From NCBI GenBank assembly GCA_965153285.1, contig OZ229119.1: a stretch of 64,000 nucleotides of DNA; one strand, 5' to 3'. This document shows positions 1 through 12,300 of this stretch, piece by piece (within the stretch, counting starts at the first letter, position 1; each line of letters opens with the position of its first letter). Position numbers and translations under genes: made by a program. Under the pieces are notes generated by a model. It was not told the origin of the DNA. It saw only the letters and a program-made list of their open reading frames with translations, and made no database searches. Source of the stretch: Podarcis tiliguerta (lineage: Eukaryota).

Positions 1-1546
1 ACAGCAGCACTTGGGTGTAACTACGTTACAGACGCAATGAAAAGCGTAACTGAATTTTCAAGTCCAGCCTACAGCTTTCATTTTATAGGCAAGAGGGCAG
101 GGGGCTTCTATTTTTCCATCAAGTGTTCCTTTCCAGGAAAATGTTTTTATTATTTCCCCATACTGCAGTGGGAAATTTGAAATGCAGTGTATTTTCAAAG
201 CCAGAATTGGCTGGCCAGCGATTCGAAACCTACTTCCCATTTGGAAAACTGTCATGCCCAATCGCCACACTGTTGTTGTTATTTTGTTGCCTTGGGGATG
301 CATGGGCATAGCAGTTTGGCTCGGAGTTTTGAACACCTGATTTTAAAATGTATTAAATTTCATTTTTTATATCAGTGGCAATATTTTTAATATTGGCTTG
401 TGCAATTTGACTCCTCAAGCTGAACACAGTCTACCAGGGGTTCAGGAAGCCCTCTATTGCTGTGTGCCTGGGCTGGGTTTGTATATGTGTTATCAATTTC
501 CTGGTAGGCTGCAATAAATAGATGCTGGGCTGCTTTCAACATGGCAGGTTGCAGGTGTGGAGAACCTTTGGTCCTTCAGAGGTGGCTGAACAGCCTCTCT
601 GTATCAGGATGCTTAAAGGAGTGGGTAACATTAAGAAATACTAGATTAATGGACTTGGAAGGATTTGACAGAAGATATGGGTGCAACTATTTTATTTTTA
701 TTTTTATGTTGCATTCATCCTAAAATCAAAATCAGAACTCAGCAGCAGCCATTCAGGCTTGAACCACAGCCATAACTAGTTTGTTTTGTTTTCCCAAGTA
801 AGTTTTTGGAATGGAACACAAATATGCACACCTCTTGCCCACTCCAATATTTATTTCTTTATTAAATTTATATCCTGCTCTTCCTTCCAAAGGAGCCCCC
901 TTTAGAAGGCTTTGCAATATGTGGCATTCTAAAAATAAGTATAAAGAAGTATTCTGTTGTATGACATACCCCACCTAATAGAAAGAAATGTAGAGCTGAT
1001 TCAAACATCACTGTGGTCCCTGTGAAATAAACTCAGATGTACACAGGCACAAATTGATGTGGGTGCACTGTTTGTGTGAAGGCGAGAGTGTCTCTATATA
1101 CACCTAGCCCAAGACATTTTATTGTCTGAGCTGAAAGACGAGATGGAACCCTCTCCTCCAAATTCTACACCTGACCAGACCTGCAGTTGAATTTTCTTTC
1201 AACACGTGGAAGACGTCATCTTCCACACCTGAAGGTAGCAGTCTAGTTTAGATGGCAAAGAGCAGGCTAGCTTATGGGATTTGTGGGAAACTGTGGGGCA
1301 GGGAGGGTTCTGCTGTCCTCTGACAGCTGCCTCACTAGCCTTGCCTGTAAATGAGGCTGCCATGATCTGAGATGGCAACTTTGCTCAGTTTGTGTGAGCT
1401 GAGTTCACGTGGGACACTGATGAGTAAGTTCCAAAAGGTCTGACTTTCTGTAGCCTAGAAACACAAGGCTTTGTTGGCAGACAGATGAATGTGGCAAGTG
1501 TTCCCTTCCATTAATGTCTGAAAACCACTGGCCTATAATATTGGTT

Positions 1547-1882
1547 GGAGGAGACTCTTGAGAGTCCCATGGAATGCAAGAAGATCAAACCTATCCATTC
1601 TTAAGGAAATCAGCCCTGAGTGCTCACTGGAAGGACAGATCCTGAAGCTGAGGCTCCAATACTTTGGAGAGAAGAGAAGACTCCCTGGAAAAGACCCTGA
1701 TGTTGGGAAAGACTGAGGGCACAAGGAGAAGGGGACGACAGAGGACAAGATGGTTGGACAGTGTTCTCAAAGCTAGCAACATGAGTTTGACCAAACTGCG
1801 GGAGGCAGTGGAAGACACGAGTGCCTGGACTGCTCTGGTCCATGGGGTCACAAAGAGTTGGACACAACTAAACAACAACAAC
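1547..1882 (+). mobile_element. BovB (RTE-clade LINE), 5'-truncated 3' fragment
   Basis: Encodes the RTE C-terminus (RREDSLEKTLMLGKTEGTRRRGRQRTRWLD) and ends in a (CAA)n tail. TSD ATATTGGTT at 1538-1546 and 1883-1891. Confidence 0.92.
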
Positions 1883-3223
1883 ATATTGGTTATTTACTTC
1901 AGCTCAGACTTCATAAAATGCATAAAAGACTGCTCTCCATGAAAGTTATTTTTGTTTTATTTGCAAAAAGGAAACCAGGGTGGTTTGGGGAGGCCAGGTT
2001 GAATGCAGAAATGTGAGGAAATATTTTCTCTCTCTCTTTCTGAAACATTTTGTGACCATTCAGTTCACTGGTGGGTGTGTATGTTGTGGTGTTCTGTGTT
2101 TTTACTGTAGCATAAGATGGGATTAGAAGAACATTGAATAACAATTCTTCTTGATAGCTGCGTGGAGGACAAGTGGCAGGGAAGAGAGAGGGTGGAAAGT
2201 TGTGATCTGAAGCATCTTTTTAATGGTAATTTTGACACTTTGTCAAGCAGAATGAAAATGGGTTCACACCTGTTAATGATCATTGTGTTTAGCTGGGCGA
2301 TGGTGATTTGTACACTCAGCATGTTGCAAAGATACAATCTCTAGGTGGAGATGGTAGGGAAAAAAAGCTGTATCTGAATTATTGTTCTGCACCCCCAATC
2401 CTGTTTTTAATCCTATCCAGTTTATTAGAGAAGCACTTCACAGCTTTGGAAGCAGGTGCATCTGGTGTTGGGGAGAAAAGACTTTGTGAAAAGAGCTCAG
2501 CTGCTGGAAGCCCAATTGGTTTCAGCTTCATTCTCCTTTCCCTTTTTCTCCTCTCCACAGGTCAAGGCCTACCAGCATAATTAAAAATTGAATTATTTAT
2601 GAAAAGCCATTAATGCAGGTGGCTTGCAGATTAGTCAAAGATGGCAGTGATTTCTTACAAAGCCAAGTCCTTGTCTTCTTTTGCTTGGCTTAAATGATGT
2701 CTCAACTGTGACTGCTGGGATGCCAGCCTGATGTATTTTGAACTGGGAGGAAGCAAATGTTCTGTGAGGCTCTTGAGTCATAAGCACTATAAGAGCTGAG
2801 TCGAGTTTTCATAAGTTTCATAAACTACATAGATGCAAACATAGTTTCAGCTTGATTCACTATACTATATGTGTGTTTTCATTTTCTATTATTTTCTGTG
2901 CATACCTGTGTCTAGATTACAGCTCAGTCTTGAGCTCCTTTACTAAAACAGTAAGCCTCATTCTGTTCAGTGGAGCTTGCTCACTAGTTTATGAATTTAG
3001 GATTTCAACCTTGATTTAGCTGAATGGTAAAGAACAATTTAAATAGGAGAATACAAATGTTAAGCATGTATGGTGATTTAGGACACAGCCACTTTTGGGG
3101 AAGCTAGTTTGATTCTTCATGTTTTCCCGTAGTATGGAATGAGAAGGAAAATACTGAGAATGGGCATTCCTTCTAATATTAAATTGCGTTGCAGGTTTTG
3201 TATATAAGGCCATAGTTTATCTT

Positions 3224-3568
3224 GTAAAGGTAAAGGGACCCCTGACCATTAGGTCCAGTCGTGACTGACTCTGGGGTTGTGGCGCTTTACATCTCGCTTT
3301 ACTCAACTTGCATACAGATTCAGGGTCATGTGGCCAGCATGACTAAGCCGTTTCTGGTGAACCAGAGCAGTGCACGGAAGCGCTGTTTACGTTCCCGCCA
3401 CAGCGGTACCTCTTTATCTACTTGCACTTTGTGCTTTCAAACTGCTAGGTTGGCAGGAGCAGGGACTGAGCAACGGGAGCTCACCCCGTCGCGGGGATTT
3501 GAACCGCCGACCTTCTGATCGGCAAGTCCTAGGCTCTGTGGTTTAACCCACAGTGCCACCCGCGTCCC
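3224..3568 (-). mobile_element. Sauria SINE, full length
   Basis: On the minus strand it starts GGGACGCGGGTGGCACTGTGGGTTAAACC (tRNA-like head) and ends in an (ACCTTT)n tail. TSD AGTTTATCTT at 3214-3223 and 3569-3578. Confidence 0.92.
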
Positions 3569-3919
3569 AGTTTATCTTACTTCCATTCATAAAAGGCACT
3601 TATATTGAGATTCTGGCTATATAAAATGTAGATGTAATAGATTTAACTGTAGAACTATATTGAAGCAAGGCTTCCTGGTAGTAACAGAATTTTGTATATG
3701 GAACTGATATGCTCACTGGTAAAATGTGTGATGCAGATTTCCCCTGTGGCTTAATGAGCAAAATTCACCCAAGCTGTAACTATCTTCTGAAATGGCCTTG
3801 AGAAATGTAATATTCTCACACACTGTGGGAAATCATCAAAACAAGCAACCTGTGAAGTGTAGTGGCTTAAGGTGGGCCTATACAACTTCTGTCAGCCCAC
3901 TAGCAGAAGAATATAATAA

Positions 3920-4014
3920 GGGTCCTGTTGGCTCAGACCAATGGCCCATTTGGTTTAGCATCCTGCTCCAATAACAGCCAACCAGATAGACAGACAGACA
4001 GACAGACAGACACA

Positions 4015-4052
<38 letters not shown>

Positions 4053-4300
4053 TTGATCATAGAAAAATAAATCCTCAATGTGGTTTACAAAAGGATACCC
4101 CTGGGAATCCAACAAGCAGAACCTGAGTGCAGCAGTGCTCTCATCATCTGTGATACTGAGCAAATGGTATTCAGAGGCATATTGCATCCAATTGTAGCAG
4201 TAGAACTTATCCTTATTTGAATTTGTCTAATTCTCTTTTAAAGCCATCCATGTTGATGGCCATCATTACCTCTTCTGGGCATGCATTCCATAGTTAAACT
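3920..4300 (-). mobile_element. Old CR1/L2-group LINE 3' fragment interrupted by a microsatellite
   Basis: Degenerate similarity to reptile LINE 3' ends; a similar sequence recurs at about 53230-53890. Confidence 0.5.
3988..4049. repeat. Compound microsatellite (AGAC)n(AC)n
   Basis: Directly visible. Confidence 0.95.
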
Positions 4301-6870
4301 AACCATGGATTGCTAGTCCATTGTGACTCACTCACTTGATTGTGTGTATAGGACTGCCTGTATAGGACTATAAAAACTGGGGGCAGGGAATGGCTGCAGT
4401 ACATAATGGATGGGGTCAATTCTTTCTGGTGAGTAAAAAGTTCTGAAGGTCTTAACAAGTTATGTTCGTTTGTTGTGGAAATGGAGGTTCAAGCCTTCGC
4501 TCTGCCATGAAACTATATAGATGTAAGCAAACCTTTAATATAACGTAACAACAAAACTTTACGCTTGTCACTGTTCTCCTCATCCCAAAGCTTGCAGGGA
4601 AAGGTGAGTCTTCACCTGTTTCCTGACAGACATATTTTTTGCTTCCATTTGTTTAGCACACACTGACTATTTTTCATAAGTTCCTCTGACACCTTAAAGG
4701 TGCTTCTCAGCTTTTCCAGACAATCTTGAGATTCTGCTAAATGTTGATTCCAATATAAGTAGCCAAAGTTCAGTGGTAGTTCTGCTTCTTTTTTGTCATA
4801 GTAATGACAGGTCCTACGGCCTTGGTCTTCTGCAAGTAAGGTATTCCTCAAATACCATGGGTGCATTTCAGAGACAAAGACAGCCATCTGAAGCAGTCCA
4901 CAAATAATTTGTTTTGAAGGGGAAAGGCAAAATATCCTTTTCATTTTAGGAGCAAAGTTACCCAATACGGAGTCAGACCATGAGTCCATCTATGTCACTC
5001 TTGTCAAGACTAAAGGTGGGAAACCTTCAACTCAGTGGCATGGCCAAGATAAAAGTGTATGTGGCCATCCCCATATATACACAAACATATGCTCACATAC
5101 AGCACCAGTATACACAGCACATCATGATTTCCCTTTCCTCTGCTTCCTCCTCTTAAGTCTTTGGGCTATTTTCTTCTTTTTATGTGACAGATGTGATTCA
5201 TCAGAAGCTCTTTTCTTTTGATTTTTGTAGCTAATTATTTGCAGATCTGAATGTGCATTCAGTCATCCAAGGAAAGCTGAACACCAAGTCCTGTTAAGAA
5301 TTAGTGTTACCTTTCAGTAAAAGAATGTTATCAGAAATGTAGATTGGTAAAAGCACTATGAATCAGCTTGAACTGAAGCTTAGTGTGCACAATTGAGATT
5401 GCTCAGTGCTGCTGCACTTATACACCTACATGCTTTGCTGGCTGCTTCACATGGTAATTACAGTTCTATTCATAGTTGATGAGTAATTGCCATGGTGAAC
5501 TCGGAAAACCTTTTTATAGTGTTTTATAGCAACATAATTGGTTAACTCTTTTGTTTTTGAAATTATGTTGTGCATTGGGGAGATGGCCTTAACACCACCT
5601 TGCTTGAATCCAAAGATAGCAAAACAGTTTTTTGTGTAGAAACACCTCCCTCCCCGTTTATCAATCTCTTGATTATCAAAATTCACTGAATAGCACCCTC
5701 ATTCATGCTAATAAGAGCCTATACTAAATAGCATTTGAGAATAAATTCTGTGTGTATAACTGTTTATGTTTTGTGCTTTGGAAAATATTTCTGTTGGTGC
5801 TGGAGCGCAACTGTCAACATTTGAGGCCTTTTGCTGTTGTTGCATTGCAGGCTTGTTCAGCAATAGCTGCTTGGGGGATAGGTTCTGAAATGGTGGCGAG
5901 ATGTGGAGGGAGATGATCACTTTTAGCATTTATGGTTGGGGCCTCGATTGGGTAACTTCTTTTGATTGGTCTGGCAAACAAGAGACAGGTTGCCTGGAGG
6001 TTCTAGAGTGAAGAAAATGCAGTTAACATCAGGTGGGAAAGTCCTCTGAAGATGCAGGAGGTGTGAGGCAAAGACCAGAAACCAGAGAAGGCTGAGGGGG
6101 ATCACAGGGGCCTGAATACTTAGCTATTCCTCCCTGATATGATAACTATTATTTGCTGATAAAGATCATGAGAAGGAAGCAAGTGTTATGCTAAGAAGGT
6201 TGCACAAGTGGCTTTTAAAAATCAGCTAAACTGTTCAAGAAACCAGAAGTAAAGTGGAAGAGCCTCGATGGCAGTGGTAGGTTGTATACAGAAGCTGGAC
6301 TGGGTTGCGGGTGAATTTGTCTGGGGTGGAGCTTTAAGGAATTTGACCTGAGATAAAAAGTCTGTCAGGAACAGTGACACTGAAGTCCATAGAAGCCCTT
6401 GAAAAATTACTTGGCAGCACTTGCCTTGTTGTGACGTTGCTTTCCTGTCCATGCTTCCCCCTTTCTTCTCAGCACCTTGTTTCAGCTTCTTTTGCCTTCA
6501 CATATCTCCACAGCCACTTAATTGTATTGACTGCCATGCTGCATGTGATTTGGCTTGCAGCAGTCCACGAAATCTTTCAGGTTGTGATAGCCGACATGAT
6601 TGAACAGCGTTGTGGGTGAGTGAAGGCAAAGGAGGAAAAAGGAAAGTGCCGTGAGAAGGATCGTGCAAATGCTGACAATTGCAACGAAATTGGAGGTGAG
6701 AACTGAACACGTGTAGGCACAGTTCTACCTAAAACTGCTACTTTCAGTATAATATGCATTACTTTGTGGCAAAAATGCTTTTGAACTTTGGGTTTATAGG
6801 AGTGTGGCAAAACATCCCAGGATGAAACGTCCTCTCCTTTGGTATCTTCAAAAATGTTATCTTTTAATGA

Positions 6871-7100
6871 CAGTGGCACCTCGGTTAAGAACTTAATTCA
6901 TTCTGGAGGTCTGTTCTTAACCTGAAACTGTTCTTAACCTGAAGCACTACTTTAGCTAATGGGGCCTCGCGCCGCTGGAGCACAATTTCTGTTCTCATCC
7001 TGAAGCAAAGTTCTTAACCCAAGGTAATATTTATGGGTTAGCGGAGTCTGTAACCTGAAGCATATGAAACCTGAAGCGTATGTAACCTGAGGTACCACTG
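6871..7100. mobile_element. Tc1/mariner-superfamily (Tigger/pogo-like) MITE
   Basis: TIR CAGTGG(T/C)ACCTC...GAGGTACCACTG, TA at the right end, internal AACCTGAAG repeats. Four copies in the window. Confidence 0.88.
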
Positions 7101-7745
7101 TATACTACTCAAGGCATTGTCACCATGAGCGTAAGGCTTCTTTATGAGATGGAAGGAACAAGAAGTGAAGGAGTGTAGCCAGCTGCAGCAAGGGAGCAGA
7201 TCAGCACTGGCTGGCTGGAGGTCTCTTCTGTTTAAACAAAATAAAACATTTGTTGTTAGCTTAGAACAGTTTCTAACTCTGTCCCACAAGTCAAGGAGTA
7301 ACACAGTCAGCATCAGAACACTTATTACTGTAGATACTTATCATCTTCTTATCTAATACCTTTTATGGAAAGCATCATGTCTTACTGTGCCTACAGGATA
7401 TTTGTATTTTTCATAATTTAGAAGGAAATAGTATGTTGTGCTGGGCACCTGTTTTAGAATTTATCTTTCAGGATCATTCAGCAGTCTGCTACTGAGTCCA
7501 GTAATCTTATGGCTACAATATTTGCTATTCCTGAGATAGAAGAGTTGGGAGATTTGCTTGGGAAGGCTAATGAAGTGGCAGTTCAGATGTAATGGTAAAG
7601 CATGGCTTCATTAAACAAGGATGTCTTAAGCCCACGGCAGAAGAGGGAGAGAATGTCTTTGATGGTGAAGAACATGCCATCTGACTGGAGCCATCTGCAC
7701 TTCAAGGTATCACAATGAAATGTAACAAGCTGTAAAGGCTAAAGA

Positions 7746-8029
7746 CAGGGCTGGTCCACCCATGAGACAGGCTGAGGCAGACACCTTGGGCGGGGGAACC
7801 CCATGAGGTGACACCACTGCGGGAGCACAGTCACCCCTGCTGCTGGTGGAAAATCAGCAATGGTGGCTGCCAGTGAGATCTTGCCAAAATCTCACAAGAG
7901 CTCAACAGAACCTGACGCTGCTTCTTTGTAGATGCTGCTGTACAGCCCAGGTAAGGGAGTCTTTGGTGGGGGGGGGGGCAGCACCTTCCTGTTTTGCCTC
8001 AGGTGACGAATCGGTCCAGGCTGCCCCTG
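7746..8029. mobile_element. hAT-type MITE
   Basis: Ends CAGGG...CCCTG. 8-bp TSD GCTAAAGA (7738-7745) / ACTAAAGA (8030-8037). Confidence 0.7.
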
Positions 8030-11000
8030 ACTAAAGAATAATGAGCAGCAAGTGGAGAACATGGTGGGATAAGGGACGTGTGTGCTGAATGAAGGCATTT
8101 ATTATAGTGCTTTGAGGAAATTTTACTTGCTGCTGAGGAAGGTAAATACCAGGATTTGAATTCATAATGATTTCTCTGTCATTTGTCCGCTTATGTGTTA
8201 AATATGTACAGGATGCAAAGCCACATGCCATTTGCAGCACACCCCAAAAAATGTGGCTTATGCTTGTACATCCACACACACACATTTGCTCCACACGATC
8301 AGCCCCTAGTTGTTCAGTATGTACGTAGGACTCCTTTTCAGACATGGTGACATCAGGAGGCTGGGCCAGCATGCTTTTTAGGTGGCAAAGGTGGGGCTGT
8401 CAGGGCACAGTTGCAGATGTTTAGAGTGTTCACAGAAGGAAAAACTGAGTCTAGTTGTATTTGTGGAGGGTTCTAAGAATTATCAACCATAGTATTGGAA
8501 CATGTTAAACAGTTGCAGCAGATCATGTAGGTCAGTTGCTACCTCATTTGGGGAAGTTCTCACTATGAACAAGCTCTAGGCTTGTGACAGATTTTAAAGC
8601 TAAATTTGGTGGAAAGGCTTTGGGGAGGTGGGGACCTTTAGACTCCACAACTGCTTCGTGGGGGCAAGACCTAGTGGAGTTGAGTTCATTTGCTCATTAA
8701 GCCTGATGCTCCTGTGCACATCCTGTTTTTGCTAATAGAGTTAACTCCAAATTGCTTGGTGTGATTTAGTGCTGGCTCACTCCTGTCAACAAATACAGTA
8801 TGCATAAAACAATCATTAAAAGCAAAGATAAAACCAATAAAACTTTTGAAAAGAAATATAAATAAATCACATGTCTGGGTAGGCTTGCCAAAACAGAAAA
8901 GTGCTCACTGCACTTGAATGGGCCAACCAATGTGAAGCGCATTTAACTATGATGGGGTAAAATTGGGAAGATAAGAAAACACTTTGTCCGTGCTCTACAT
9001 CCCATCTGTTTTGTCCTTCTTCTGAGAATGGGTCATGAGTGTACCTGACAATTCTGAATATAACTTTCTCAGATATAATATGAAACCATAAGGAAGCAAT
9101 AATTCAGACGGTTTTTGTTTTTTTAAAAATAGAATACCACGTATAAATGTTATCATGTTCCGTGATAGTCCTATTATATAAATCAATGCATTTAATCACC
9201 CCAACAACAGCCTTCTTGTTCTACATCAACTGATTTGTGTCTATGCCTAGGGGAAAAAAGCTAACACTGACGTGATCATTATCTTTTTAGGTCACCATTA
9301 CCACCTGGGACCATTTGTAAAATGTTCCCTATATTCCCCTACAGGTATAACAACCCCTTTTGCATGTCTCTTGGGCAGATGTGTTCAGTTCTGCACAGAA
9401 GCATAATTTATTTTTGTCATGAAACAATGTTCCTGACAATTCACCAGGCTTGTGGGAGACTCCTGTTCGATTGAAATTCACTAATACTGCAGTGTAAGAT
9501 TACTCTCCTTCATTTCATTTCTCCTGGGAATGTACTACCTGAATAATAAAATGCTACTCTTAGCTCCAAAAAACTTCTCTAGGAATGCATACAAGACAAG
9601 TTTGTCCAAACTAGTCAGCTAGAACTTTTCTGTAATGACCATATATACTGGTAATAATAATATTCCCGTTTCAACCTCATACATTCGCCTTACGTAGGTA
9701 AGGTAGCGGCATCCTCTCTGCTCCTGCTGCCAACCTAGTCACATAACTGAAAGCACTAGTGATGTATTTTGAATAAGTGATATGAAAAAGTTAATTCCAT
9801 TAGCCATCCAGTACAACCAAAGTGGTACATCACGATTGATAACCATTGGATAACCATGGATTTCAGAGATGCATCTTCACAGGAATTAATAGCAAGTGTG
9901 TGACTAACCATCTTCTTTCTCAAGAAATTGATAAATGTTAAGGCAGCCCCCATCCAGAACACATAACTTGCTTTTCTCCCAAACAAGAGCCTCTATCTTC
10001 CCAGGGCTCAAGCACAGTCTAGCACTGCATTCAGACATCAATCGGAGAAGCAGAGCTGTTTGTCGTCAGTGTACTATAATAATACTGATTGGCAGTATTG
10101 GTGTTTTAAGGATAACAGATGTAAGTGATGATATATTTTAAGAACTAATTAAAAGCACTGGAGAAATTCTACAATTTATTATAAAATCCTCTTCAGTTTT
10201 ATACCCTTGACCATGGCTTATCCTCAGAGACACTATTCAGCAATTAGTTACCAACTGGAGTCATAAGCACAGTATGGATGGTCATAGTGTTGAGAAAGAA
10301 CTACTGATATGTATAACTTAATCAAAGGATAAACATGACAATACCTCCCTACTTGATTTTACAATGGGCACATTCCGAATATCCAAGTGCACTGTAAAAC
10401 CAGAACCATGAGTTTTTGAAATTCATTACATTTTACCTATATAATTTAAGATGCACAAATCTGCATTTGGAACACAATGTAGTTTACCAAAAGGTTTTGC
10501 TCTGTGCATGAGGCAGCTTGCTGGCACTGGGCCAGTAACAGACGATGCTGCGATTAATGATATACATTACCATAGCCTTGACGCTGAAAATGCACATTCA
10601 GTACCAGTTGTTCTCTGCAGTCTATATGCACATAAATCTTGGGATAACTTTCATCTGCCATGGCAACTAACATTTAGTGAATATCGATGTTCCATTTTTA
10701 GGGTTAAAATGTGCAGCAAGATGTGAGGTTTACCTAAGATGTATATTCAGTGTGAGAGAACTACACTAAAACTTAGTACAATGAAGAAATGTGAGTATCA
10801 TATTTTGTAACAGACAAAAGACATTCATCAAAAGACATTCATGTGAGATTAACGGGAGAGTATGAAGATGATGCAAAATCTTAGGTTCTGTTCCCTTCAT
10901 CAAAGTCAGCATAAGATCACAGGATGCTCTGGTCAAAAGGGCAAATGCAGAGATGCCTTATCATTTTTCAGTGAAGGAGAAGGCAAGCAGATTCTCACCA

Positions 11001-11999
11001 ATATTTAATTTCCATTCCTAATAATATTAACGCAGGCAGTAGCTAATATTCCCCCCTTTTTCCTTCTCCCTTTGTATTAACTATGGTTTATTGTCATTTG
11101 ATTGTTTTCACTTTAACTATTAAAGGTCTGTATTCTGCAATAAAGAGAATAAAGTTTCAAAAATGCCTTTAAAAAAGAAAGAGAAAGCTCTCAGTACAGA
11201 ATCTTTGCTTTCCAGGGAGGAATATTCAGCTCTATATTGCAAAATAATGTAGCCCTTTTCCAGCTTATTGATGTCATGTTTATGTTGTGTTTACAAACTT
11301 TTAGTTGATTCCTATGAACCATCCTATCTGACCCTCCCCGTCAGGTTCCATTTTATAAACAGGAATGTTTTCCATAACCACACTTTTGATAGCATACTGT
11401 CCTTGCTCCTGAATCCCTGTCAATGCCACTATGCAAGGGGCAAGAGCCACTGAGTTGTCTCTGTAGCTTATTGGGTCCTATTTTTCATACCCCCCTCCTC
11501 CAAACTATGGTTTGAGCAATCAGGATTGAACCCTGGAGTCAGGAAACTGAAGTAGGCAGGTGGAAGTCTCAAGAAGACCTATAATCAGAAAGGATCCAAA
11601 ACAACTGGAATGGCGCAGGTTCTGTGCCTCTGTACTTGTAAAGAATCAGTTCAATCGCCTACTGATGGAGACTGGTGCAGATGGAGTGATAGCTAGTTAG
11701 GGAGCTAACTTCAGGATTTTGTTCCTTGAGGAGGGGCTTGCAGTATTTACCACACCCTTGACTTCTGTGCATTCATCCCAGTGGAAAAATAGAAATATAC
11801 TTTGAGTACAAGCAGCAGTCCTTCTCCTCAGATTGTCCAACAACTATGTGGGAGTTCTCCTTTATGCCGTTCTCATTCTGAAGCAAATGCAGTTTTATAG
11901 GATTTGAAAACAAGCATAATCATGAAAGATCCAAAACTTCTGTTCTCCTTGAAAACCATAGCCTAGATTACAAGAATAAAATGTAATAAGTGACCAAGA

Positions 12000-12300
12000 G
12001 GATGAGAAATAAAATCCCCTGCTTTGATCACAACCAAATTGCTCATGCTATCTCGATTTTATCTTACGCTGACATCACACTCTCTATGATACACTTATAG
12101 CAGCAAACTTGAAAGGAAAATTAAACTGAAATCAGCAGACGAATTAGAAAGACGCTGTGAATTCAAAAGCATCGGTTGATGAGAACGGCCTTTATGAAAG
12201 CATCTGACACAAGCCACTAATGAAAAAATCAATTTCTCTTAAAGATCATAACTTCTCCAGGACTACAGCTATGCAGAGGCACTAATTGGTTTTCTTTCAA
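12000..12300. promoter_or_regulatory. Candidate conserved non-coding (enhancer-like) block
   Basis: Non-repetitive, locally retains CpG, contains a TCF/LEF core (CTTTGAT) and TAAT motifs. Conservation not tested. Confidence 0.3.
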
